Translations under genes and position numbers: made by a program
The notes under the pieces: model-generated
The model's database searches: none
What the model saw: only the letters and a program-made list of their open reading frames with translations
What the model was told of the DNA's origin: nothing
In this document: positions 17,654 through 25,272 of the stretch, in pieces
Numbering within the stretch: the stretch's first letter is position 1
How the letters are laid out: each line of letters starts with the position of its first letter
Assembly: GCF_000284455.1 (NCBI RefSeq)
Contig: NC_017039.1
Coordinates: forward strand, 90,001-122,000
DNA from: Synechocystis sp. PCC 6803 substr. PCC-P
GTDB lineage: Bacteria > Cyanobacteriota > Cyanobacteriia > Cyanobacteriales > Microcystaceae
Reading direction: 5' to 3'
DNA length: 32,000 bases

Positions 17654-18325
17654 GCAGAGAAGTTGATCCAGTAAGCGACGATCTCCTGGTAATTGCTCGA
17701 CGGGGTAAGGGGTTAAACGAATGACAGCGGAATCCACTTTAGGGGGTGGCGTAAAAGCTTTGGGGGGTACATCCACAATCCAATCCACCCTGGCTAGGTA
17801 TTGCATCCGTACCGATAGGGCACCGTAGGCTTTGGTGCTGGGTTGGGCCGTTAACCGTTCGGCAATTTCTTTTTGCACCAATAAAACAATGGTTTCAAAG
17901 CCTGGTACCCTCGGTTTTTGGATGGTACCCAACAGTAGTTCCAAAATCGGACTGGTGATGTTATAGGGAATATTAGCGACCACTTTATTGAGGGGAGAAA
18001 ATTGAGGAAAATCCTGTAATAAAGCGTTTAAATCTAGTATTAATACGTCCCCTTCGAGGAGCAGAAAATTTTCCCGTTGCCCTAACTTTTTGCGTAATTT
18101 AAGGCATAAATCCCGGTCTAGCTCCACCGCCACCACCGGATTCCCCGTAGCCAATAGCTGTTTAGTTAAAACCCCCATGCCAGGGCCAATTTCCAGCAGG
18201 CGATCTCGTAGAGATCCGCTTTGCGGTGCGCCGGACTGAATATCTGCGGCCGCCACAATGGCCTGTAAAGTTGGTTCATGGTTTAGCCAATGTTGGCCAA
18301 AGCGTTTGCGGGGTCGAAAAGCCAT
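17471..18325 (-). CDS. rsmA: 16S rRNA (adenine1518/1519-N6)-dimethyltransferase
   Basis: It begins FGQHWL, has the SAM-binding motif LEIGPGMGVLT and the catalytic motif NIPYNITSPI. Confidence 0.9.
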   Translation of the reverse strand: MAFRPRKRFGQHWLNHEPTLQAIVAAADIQSGAPQSGSLRDRLLEIGPGMGVLTKQLLATGNPVVAVELDRDLCLKLRKKLGQRENFLLLEGDVLILDLNALLQDFPQFSPLNKVVANIPYNITSPILELLLGTIQKPRVPGFETIVLLVQKEIAERLTAQPSTKAYGALSVRMQYLARVDWIVDVPPKAFTPPPKVDSAVIRLTPYPVEQLPGDRRLLDQLLCLGFANRRKMLRNNLKGLIAPEQLTTLLEQLALPSTARAEDLSLEQWLELTNLLPTFLPPT

Positions 18326-18478
18326 AAAATTCTAATCAATGCTTGGTTTACTACCCTGCCGGGGCAATGCCAGAAGCCCATTGTACAATTTGTCCTATCC
18401 CCCATCCTTGTTTCAACTAACTTAACTCCGTCAATCCTTTCTCTACCCGTCCAGGAAAAATCTTCTAGTTCTTTTGTT

Positions 18479-19201
18479 ATGGCCTACCGTTTGGTTGTTG
18501 CCCCAGAGCAAATTATCGAGGCTACTGTTACCCTAACCACGGCCCAACTCCACTATCTGCAACGGGTATTGAGACTACAAAAGGGCGATGGCTTTATGGT
18601 GTTGGACGGCGGCGGCGGGGTATGGCGGGCCCAGTTAAATGATTTGGCCCATGGCACAGCCCAGTTATTAGAAACAGTGAGCGAACAGAATGAATTACCT
18701 CTACCCGTCACTTTGGCGATCGCCTTGCCGAAGGGCAGTGGTTTTGAAGAAATTATTCGTCCCTGTACGGAGTTGGGAGCCACAGCGTTTCAACCTTTGT
18801 TGACGGAACGTACCCTATTAAAGCCCAGTCAAAATAAACTTGAGCGCTGGCAACGCATTGTCACGGAAGCGGCGGAACAGTCGGAGCGGCAATGGTTACC
18901 CCCGGTGGCAGCCCCGTTAACGTTTGGGCAATTTGTGGAGAAAGTTGCAGGGCCAGAAACCCTGGCCTTGCTCTGTGTGACCCGTTTAAATAGCCCCATG
19001 CTTGGGGCATACTTGAAACAGAGTAATTTACCAGCCCAAATTGTCTTGGCCACTGGCCCAGAAGGGGGATGGACGGATAACGAAATTTCCCTGGCGATCG
19101 CCAAAGGGTTTCAGCCGGTGTCCCTTGGTAAACGCATTTTGCGGGCGGTGACGGCCCCCACGGTGGCCCTAGCCCAGATCAATGCTCTGTTGGAAAGCTA
19201 A
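18479..19201 (+). CDS. rsmE: 16S rRNA m3U1498 methyltransferase RsmE family
   Basis: From ATG 18479 it reads MAYRLVVAPEQI...LHYLQRVLRLQKGD (PUA-like N-terminus), with the C-terminal SPOUT motif LATGPEGGWTDNEI. The upstream part of track ORF 18290.. overlaps ksgA and is unlikely to be coding. Confidence 0.8.
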   Translation: MAYRLVVAPEQIIEATVTLTTAQLHYLQRVLRLQKGDGFMVLDGGGGVWRAQLNDLAHGTAQLLETVSEQNELPLPVTLAIALPKGSGFEEIIRPCTELGATAFQPLLTERTLLKPSQNKLERWQRIVTEAAEQSERQWLPPVAAPLTFGQFVEKVAGPETLALLCVTRLNSPMLGAYLKQSNLPAQIVLATGPEGGWTDNEISLAIAKGFQPVSLGKRILRAVTAPTVALAQINALLES

Positions 19202-19221
19202 TTTTTTTGGCCCTTTTCCCT

Positions 19222-20313
19222 ATGTATAAAGCCATTGCCGATGCCATTGACAGCCAAGACCTGGCCACAGCGGAGCAACTGTTGGCAGCGATGGAGGGGG
19301 AGAGTTGGGAAAATCCCATGACGGCCTATTACCAAGCTCGGCTGGCGGAAGCCCAAGGAAATTTGGATGAGGCGGAGCAAAAATTTCGGCAATTGTTGAC
19401 TACTAGCCATAGTCCCCAACTAGTGGCCAAAATTAGGGCGGGACTGGGTCGCATTCAAGCCCATCGCCAAGCAGAATACCAGGCGGCCATTGAGGACGCT
19501 AAGGCAGATCCAGAGGCCCAGTCGGTGGGCATTTTTGTGTTGGAACCGGTTCCTCCAGCGGAAAAGCAAGCCAAGGCAGTACAGTTTGGCAAAATTATGG
19601 CCATAGACCCCTACACCGCTCGGCTCCAATTACCCAGTCGGGCGTGGCGGCTCTATCGCACCGGGGCGATCGGGGAATTGAACCATTACCATCAGCAATG
19701 TCAGGCCGCAGGGATTCCTAGTTTTTCGGTGGCGTTGGCGGACATTTTGGCGGTGAAAGTTTTCCCGATTTTCCACATTGAAAGTTTGTCCCCAGAGGTC
19801 ACCGTTACCTATCGGATTAGTCGAGAAGAAGAAGGCACTTTTAGTTTTAGTTGGCAAGATGTCAGTCAAATGGTGGAGGGTTTATTACCCATTTTTGAGG
19901 AATGTGTGGATGTGAATATGCGGGGCAAAATCCAGCGCAAAACGGAAATTTTAGATTACGCCCACATTTGTGATTTACATTTACCGCAACAGCAAATTAT
20001 TCTCCGTTTTTGTGACCAAATTTATGAGTTTACCCGGGGAATCAGTCTAGACACTGCTAACTCTAGTAAGGAGAAGCAAGGAACTTCCCACCAACAATGG
20101 CAACAACTGAGCCGCATTTGGCAAACAAATTTACCAGGTAAGCCGGTCTGGAAGGAGTTCAAAGCCTTTGCAGAAACGGCCCTAGATTTTCAGGAATTAC
20201 TCAAATCAGTGGAGCCCCACATTCCCTTTCTACGGCGGGAAGATACCAATTGGGATCGGGCTTTCCATCTCTACAGCACCCTGGCCTTCTGCCGCGATCG
20301 CCGTTTGGAATGA
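19222..20313 (+). CDS. Conserved hypothetical protein (TPR-like helical N-terminus)
   Basis: It is a long ORF with native composition and HIP1 sites. The start is ATG 19222 (MYKAIADAI...), with TTG 19207 as the alternative. I recognise no catalytic motif. Confidence 0.6.
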   Translation: MYKAIADAIDSQDLATAEQLLAAMEGESWENPMTAYYQARLAEAQGNLDEAEQKFRQLLTTSHSPQLVAKIRAGLGRIQAHRQAEYQAAIEDAKADPEAQSVGIFVLEPVPPAEKQAKAVQFGKIMAIDPYTARLQLPSRAWRLYRTGAIGELNHYHQQCQAAGIPSFSVALADILAVKVFPIFHIESLSPEVTVTYRISREEEGTFSFSWQDVSQMVEGLLPIFEECVDVNMRGKIQRKTEILDYAHICDLHLPQQQIILRFCDQIYEFTRGISLDTANSSKEKQGTSHQQWQQLSRIWQTNLPGKPVWKEFKAFAETALDFQELLKSVEPHIPFLRREDTNWDRAFHLYSTLAFCRDRRLE

Positions 20314-20318
20314 ACAAA
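20294..20318. repeat. 25-bp direct repeat, copy 1 (3' end of the 19222..20313 gene)
   Basis: GCGATCGCCGTTTGGAATGAACAAA compared with 21244-21268 GCGATCGCCATTTGGAATCAACAAA gives 23 of 25 identical. Eight of the matching positions are HIP1. Confidence 0.75.
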
Positions 20319-20391
20319 CCTCCACATTCGTTGACAAGACAATGCAGCCGCATTACCATCGGCGTATAGTTTTATGGGCTGAGGGACCACT

Positions 20392-20724
20392 ATGGCGGGA
20401 ATATTATCCCCATGTTCAGAATCTACCCTGACGGATCGCTATCAGACCACAGTGCCTGACCCGGTTCGCAAAGCCTTGGGGTTGAATAAGCGAGATAAAA
20501 TTTGCTACACCATTGAAGCCGATGGCAGAGTGTGGATTGCCAGGGCTGAACAGGCAGAAAATGATCCGGTGCTGGGGAAATTTTTGGATTTTTTGGCACA
20601 GGATATGGATAAAAATCCTCAGCATATACAAGCGGTCAGTTCTGAGTTGGTTGATCGTCTGCAATCGCTAGTCTCCGATGTTGATGTAGATCTAGATGCG
20701 CCATTGCTGGACGAGGATGAATAG
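20392..20724 (+). CDS. prlF: PrlF/SohA-family antitoxin (AbrB/SpoVT-like fold)
   Basis: The N-terminus ESTLTDRYQTTVPDPVRKALGLNKRDKICYTIEADGRVWIAR matches the PrlF swapped-hairpin pattern. It has an acidic C-terminal tail (DVDVDLDAPLLDEDE) and is followed 2 nt later by a YhaV-like gene. Confidence 0.8.
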   Translation: MAGILSPCSESTLTDRYQTTVPDPVRKALGLNKRDKICYTIEADGRVWIARAEQAENDPVLGKFLDFLAQDMDKNPQHIQAVSSELVDRLQSLVSDVDVDLDAPLLDEDE

Positions 20725-20726
20725 AT

Positions 20727-21224
20727 TTGCCAATAGATAAGCCTTTATTGATTAATGGGTGGAAGATATTTGCCCATCCCCTATTTCTTGAGCAGGTTGA
20801 AGAACTTGTGGCCCAGGTTGAATATCTGCGTCAAAAGAATCCCAAAGATTATAAAAAGAAAAATGCTACCAAGCGTCTAGCGGCGATCGCCAAATTAGCA
20901 TTTGAGGTTATTCCCCAAGATCCCACCCGCCATGAATATCGACAGGGAAATACCCTTGGAAATGATTATAAACACTGGTTTAGGGCTAAATTTTTTCAGC
21001 AGTATCGTTTATTTTTTCGCTACCACCAAGAAAGTAAAATTATTCTCCTCGCTTGGGTTAATGACGAAGACTCAAAACGTGCCTATGAAAGTAACACAGA
21101 TGCCTATAAAGTCTTTAGAAAAATGCTCGAAAATGGCCATCCTCCTGATGACTGGAATGATTTACTTACCGAGGCTAAACGTGTTGGCGATCGTTTACAA
21201 AAAATTGCCGAAGTTGAGCCTTAA
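20727..21224 (+). CDS. yhaV: YhaV-family toxin (RelE-superfamily ribonuclease)
   Basis: INGWKIFAHPLFLEQVEELVAQVEYLRQKNPKDYKKKNATKRLAAI...YRLFFRYHQESKIILLAWVNDEDSKRAYESNTDAYKVFRKMLENGHPPDDW closely follows my recollection of E. coli YhaV. The start is TTG. Confidence 0.8.
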   Translation: MPIDKPLLINGWKIFAHPLFLEQVEELVAQVEYLRQKNPKDYKKKNATKRLAAIAKLAFEVIPQDPTRHEYRQGNTLGNDYKHWFRAKFFQQYRLFFRYHQESKIILLAWVNDEDSKRAYESNTDAYKVFRKMLENGHPPDDWNDLLTEAKRVGDRLQKIAEVEP

Positions 21225-21243
21225 TTTTCCCGTCTTTCACACT

Positions 21244-21268
21244 GGCGATCGCCATTTGGAATCAACAA
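21244..21268. repeat. 25-bp direct repeat, copy 2 (downstream of yhaV)
   Basis: See copy 1. It translates as GDRHLE, compared with RDRRLE* at the end of the upstream gene, so it is a pseudo-duplicate of that gene's 3' end. Confidence 0.75.
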
Positions 21269-22750
21269 AAATGTTTTAACAATGTTAATTTTTCTCTCAA
21301 TCTCTCAAGATTGGGGTATTTAGAATCTGATTCCTTCGATATTGAGAACCCAGGTAGACTTCTCAAATATACTCTTTAGTATGTACTTGTGATAATATTG
21401 GGATAGCCTTATTATTATGCATTTCAGTGTACTCATGAAGTTAGAGCAAAATATTTGAGGCAATTCAAACATTTCGTAAAAGTCTAAAATAATGTGATAA
21501 CTATATAATGGATGATAGCTTTAGTATGAAAAACCACACAATCTCCCAGAACCCACAAACTACTTTTATCTACTTGCACATATAATGATGACTGACTATC
21601 CTACCAATTTATTTGAATTATCAACAGGCTTTCTAGACCACAGAATAATAAAAGAATTTTATGTTTATACAGTTTGTATTGAGAGAGGTAGATGGAGCGA
21701 CATTGAGTATGATGTGATACATGATCTACATATAGTAGAATTCAATTCTTTTACAGCTTTGATAAAGATAACAAATCGTGACAAAGTTGAACCAATAATC
21801 ATAGTGCCAAGACAGTACTGGAACCTCATAAGACCTTTCAATAACTTAAAAGAAAAGTGTGAAAGATTTTACACTTTTGATGATCTGAAAGAATCTATTT
21901 ACACAAAATGCTTTGTTAGCGTAGATAGTATAGATAAGATATTTCGTAGTATTCTTACCGCGCAAAAAATAACTGAAGAACAACATAATCAGTTAGAAAA
22001 ATACATAAACACGATTGAGGATTTTTGCAGAATGTTCATGCCAAAATTTGAGTCTATCAATGATTCATTAATGAGTGATGAAGAGTATTCAGAGAAAGTT
22101 TATAAAGAATTTTCATCACCCAGGTATGACTCTAATGAGCAGAATGAGCAGAGGTACAAATACAACTATAAATACGGAAAGGTAGGTGAAATGTATATAA
22201 TGAATAGCATGGCAAGTTTATTTCACCAAATGCATTCAATCGAAGAAAGCATAAAATTTTTGTATGAAAAGAAAAAAAGTGATGAATATATCAAGGAGCT
22301 CTGTGAAAACAAACTAATGGTGACCATAGAAAGTGAATTAAATGTATGCCGAGAACGCCTTAGAGAGTTAAAAAAGAAAAATATTTATATTTCACCAAAA
22401 GTATTCGATGGTCTATATGAAAAATACTTAATGTCAGACTATCAAGAAGAAGACGCTCGATTATATGCTGATTATAGAGAATCTAATCAAGGGCAAGAAT
22501 ATTTTGCCCCTAATGATGACTGCTACCTCCCACTTGTTGATGATGGTCAATACTCTTAGTTTGAATCATAATTAACACCAAATGATAGCTTGATTAAACT
22601 TTAAACCGAGAGTGCCAAAAAAGCTAACTAAGAACTGTCTGAAATCCTTTATTTTTTCATTGACATAACTTGGATTTAGACAAAATTTAAATCTCTATTT
22701 CAGAAAAACATAAACCACTTTAAAAATAGATAATTTAACTTGATGATCAG
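21269..22750. mobile_element. Second AT-rich insertion (about 1.5 kb) with a single orphan ORF
   Basis: Composition switches to strongly AT-rich right after repeat copy 2 and returns to native near 22770. It contains no HIP1 site. The boundaries are approximate. Confidence 0.55.
21585..22559 (+). CDS. Orphan hypothetical protein (324 aa), beta-rich N-terminal part and Glu/Lys/Tyr-rich helical C-terminal part
   Basis: It is the only long ORF in the AT-rich segment, which is notable because AT-rich DNA is stop-rich. I recognise no motif. It is preceded by a 25-codon ORF (21508-21585) whose TAA overlaps the ATG as TAATG. Confidence 0.5.
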   Translation: MMTDYPTNLFELSTGFLDHRIIKEFYVYTVCIERGRWSDIEYDVIHDLHIVEFNSFTALIKITNRDKVEPIIIVPRQYWNLIRPFNNLKEKCERFYTFDDLKESIYTKCFVSVDSIDKIFRSILTAQKITEEQHNQLEKYINTIEDFCRMFMPKFESINDSLMSDEEYSEKVYKEFSSPRYDSNEQNEQRYKYNYKYGKVGEMYIMNSMASLFHQMHSIEESIKFLYEKKKSDEYIKELCENKLMVTIESELNVCRERLRELKKKNIYISPKVFDGLYEKYLMSDYQEEDARLYADYRESNQGQEYFAPNDDCYLPLVDDGQYS

Positions 22751-22853
22751 ACAAACGTTGTTTAATCATTGGTTTTCCTCTCCCCAATCGGAAGGAGAGT
22801 CAATGCGGAAGGCGATCGCCTGGGGATAATATGGGGAGTGGTAATTTTGGGAG

Positions 22854-24188
22854 TTGCAGTTGAAAATCCCTTCCCATCTCTTGAAGAAAGAACAACTAGC
22901 GGTCTATTGGGGCTTGACCCTACTGCCCTTCAACGCCGTAGCGGGGTTACTGCCACTGCTGTTTGCGAGCCTGAGCCCCTGGTTTTTCCATGGCAAAAAA
23001 TTAGCGAGCCTACCCCTGGCCAAAGTGTGGGCCGCCCTGACCCTATGGTTTTTACTGACCACCATCACCGCCCATGACCGGGGAGAAGCCCTGTTGGGAT
23101 TGGCCAACTTTGTGCCCTATTTCATAGTTTTTCTTGCCTTTAGCCAAGTAATTTGCCAATTTAAGCAACTCAATACCCTAGCTTGGCTGTTAACTGCTAA
23201 TACCGTGGTGTTAGTCATCATCGGTTTTGGACAAGTCTATGGCGGCTGGGCCACCCCCAATTGGTTAGTGGCGATCGGTACTAACTTGGTGGCCGGGGGC
23301 AGACCAGAAGGGAGAATGTCTTCCCTATTAATGTATGCCAACCTATTTTCCGCTTGGTTATTGATGGTATTTCCCCTCAGTCTGGGGCTATTGATCCAAT
23401 CCGTCCGTCGTTGGCATTTCACCGCCCCCAGTAACCGCTTCAATCTTCCTCCCCTGGTATGGGCCCTGTTAGTAGCTTGCATCCTAGAGGCGATCGCCTT
23501 AGTGTTGACCGGTTCCCGCAGTGCTTGGGGCATTGGGTTACTAATTGGCATTGCCTACGCCATTTATTTAAGTTGGTACTGGTTAGTGGCCCTGGCTGGG
23601 GGAGCCACTGCCATGGTGTTATGGGCATCCTTTGGCCCCTTTGGCAAAGAACCATTGCGACAGATAGTGCCTAAATATTTTTGGGGCAGATTATCCGATG
23701 AACTTTACCCCGACCGTTACCGCACTGCTCTTCGTAGCACCCAATGGCAATTTAGCTGGGATATGTTCCTGGACCAACCCATTTTTGGCCAGGGCTTGCG
23801 GAATTTTACCCCCCTGTACCAAGCCGCCATGAACGTTTGGATTGGCCATCCCCATAACTTGGTGCTGATGATGTTGGGGGAAACGGGCTTGATCGGCACT
23901 GCGTTAATGCTGGGAGCGGTGGGCTTCATTCTGGCCCAGGGCATGGTGCTACTGATTCACCTCAGTCGTGGTGGCGGTTTTCGCCGTCGGTCCCAACATT
24001 TATTACTGCTGTCCTATGGCATTGCCTTTGCCGCCCTTTGTTTATACAACCTATTCGATGTCACCATTTTTGATATGCGGAATAATGTCTTGGGCTGGAT
24101 TTTCCTAGCGGCGATCGCCGGGGTGAGCCAACGGTATGGAACCAAATTAGCCCAGGGTGATCCGGCAAAATTACAGGTGCCTGGGTAA
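22854..24188 (+). CDS. O-antigen ligase/polymerase (Wzy_C)-like polytopic membrane protein
   Basis: It has many TM segments. The family loop motif reads GQGLRNFTPLY...IGHPHNLVLMMLGETGLIG. The start is uncertain (TTG 22854 in the track, with no nearby in-frame ATG). Confidence 0.75.
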   Translation: MQLKIPSHLLKKEQLAVYWGLTLLPFNAVAGLLPLLFASLSPWFFHGKKLASLPLAKVWAALTLWFLLTTITAHDRGEALLGLANFVPYFIVFLAFSQVICQFKQLNTLAWLLTANTVVLVIIGFGQVYGGWATPNWLVAIGTNLVAGGRPEGRMSSLLMYANLFSAWLLMVFPLSLGLLIQSVRRWHFTAPSNRFNLPPLVWALLVACILEAIALVLTGSRSAWGIGLLIGIAYAIYLSWYWLVALAGGATAMVLWASFGPFGKEPLRQIVPKYFWGRLSDELYPDRYRTALRSTQWQFSWDMFLDQPIFGQGLRNFTPLYQAAMNVWIGHPHNLVLMMLGETGLIGTALMLGAVGFILAQGMVLLIHLSRGGGFRRRSQHLLLLSYGIAFAALCLYNLFDVTIFDMRNNVLGWIFLAAIAGVSQRYGTKLAQGDPAKLQVPG

Positions 24189-24318
24189 AAGTCGTTGCTT
24201 TCAGGTTCTCGATGTTCTGGTCTACCATGGGAAATGTAGCAAGGTGAAATTAATTGCTCAATGCCGGCCATTGCCGATTGACCCTTCCCAATAAACCCCA
24301 TCGCCCTCCGAATTTCCC

Positions 24319-24624
24319 ATGACCTCAACTACCCCAGAGATTGAAGCCCTCGCCGCCGACATTGGTGAACAAATTGCCATTGACGTGGCCAAGTGGAATT
24401 TATTTTTGGCCGAAGCCCATTTGCATATTCCCCTGGCGGAAAGGGTTTATCCCCTGTTGGAGAAAGATGAACTGGGGCGGGCTGGGGTGGAAGCCGCTCT
24501 GAAGGATTTGTCCGTGGCGATCGGTGGGGGCAAAGTGAACATTTCCCTACTGGATGCCCTTTCCAGCACCATGGTTAACCGTTTGCTGACCCTGTTGGAA
24601 GAATATCAAAGTAAGAATTTTTAA
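24319..24624 (+). CDS. Small conserved hypothetical protein (101 aa)
   Basis: It is a clean ATG ORF with native composition and a HIP1-like site. The sequence appears helical. No function can be inferred. Confidence 0.55.
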   Translation: MTSTTPEIEALAADIGEQIAIDVAKWNLFLAEAHLHIPLAERVYPLLEKDELGRAGVEAALKDLSVAIGGGKVNISLLDALSSTMVNRLLTLLEEYQSKNF

Positions 24625-24771
24625 ACTTTTTCCGCCCTTAAAAGCTAGTAAAAATTCCCATTTGTTCAGTGTTTTTGCCATTGTCCTTAGAACGTGTTTG
24701 GAAAGTTTTATTCCGCCCCCTAAATCGACCCACTAAAGCTCCGGCAATAATGGGGGACTTTCACCCAGTTT

Positions 24772-24789
24772 CCCCCCAAATTTGGGGGG
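24772..24789. repeat. Perfect 18-bp palindrome CCCCCCAAATTTGGGGGG nested in a larger inverted repeat
   Basis: This is read directly from the sequence. The outer arms AAAGCTCC (24735-24742) and GGAGCTTT (24795-24802) are also complementary. The element lies in the 249-bp spacer between two plus-strand genes. Confidence 0.9.
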
Positions 24790-24873
24790 CCAGGGGAGCT
24801 TTTAAAACATGCTCTTAAACCTAGGCAACCTAAGCAAAGATTAAATTTTCATTCACCACCAAGCCCATTAACC

Positions 24874-25272
24874 ATGGCCAGCACCCCCATCCAGAGCGAA
24901 GCTCGTACCGACCTAGAACCTAGCTTTGTCATTCCCCTCGTACTGCTGTTTGGAGCCATACCGATTTTCTTTCTACAGATGTGGGTCGGCCTGGCGATCG
25001 CCGTGTTTGGTGTTTTTTTAATGGTGCAGACCGCCATTATCAAACTCAGCTTTACGGCCACCGCGTTGGAAGTGTACCGTGGGAGCAAGTTAATTCGTTC
25101 TTTTCCTTACACAGAGTGGCAAAACTGGCGAATCTTTTGGGAACCCGCTCCCATTTTGTTTTATTTTAAAGAGGTCAAGAGCATCCATTTTTTGCCGATT
25201 ATCTTTGACCCCGGCACCCTCAAAGCTTGTCTTGAGCGCCATTGTCCCCTCCAGTCCCTACGTGCGGAATGA
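24874..25272 (+). CDS. Small membrane protein (two TM helices plus a soluble C-terminal domain), conserved hypothetical
   Basis: The TM segments are FVIPLVLLFGAIPIFFLQMWVGLAIAVFGVFLMV. Its stop overlaps the next gene's start (ATGA at 25269-25272). Confidence 0.65.
   Translation: MASTPIQSEARTDLEPSFVIPLVLLFGAIPIFFLQMWVGLAIAVFGVFLMVQTAIIKLSFTATALEVYRGSKLIRSFPYTEWQNWRIFWEPAPILFYFKEVKSIHFLPIIFDPGTLKACLERHCPLQSLRAE

Noticed and set aside
20902-21279. 125-aa plus-strand ORF overlapping yhaV
   Set aside because: It is an alternative frame of the YhaV-like gene. It is useful only because its tail (GDRHLE) reveals the duplicated 3' end of the upstream gene.
22769-23077. 102-aa plus-strand ORF overlapping the start of the O-antigen-ligase-like gene
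   Set aside because: It is out of frame with the long polytopic membrane ORF, and its product is non-membrane and Gly/Pro/Arg-rich. It does, however, highlight that the true start of the 22854 gene is uncertain.
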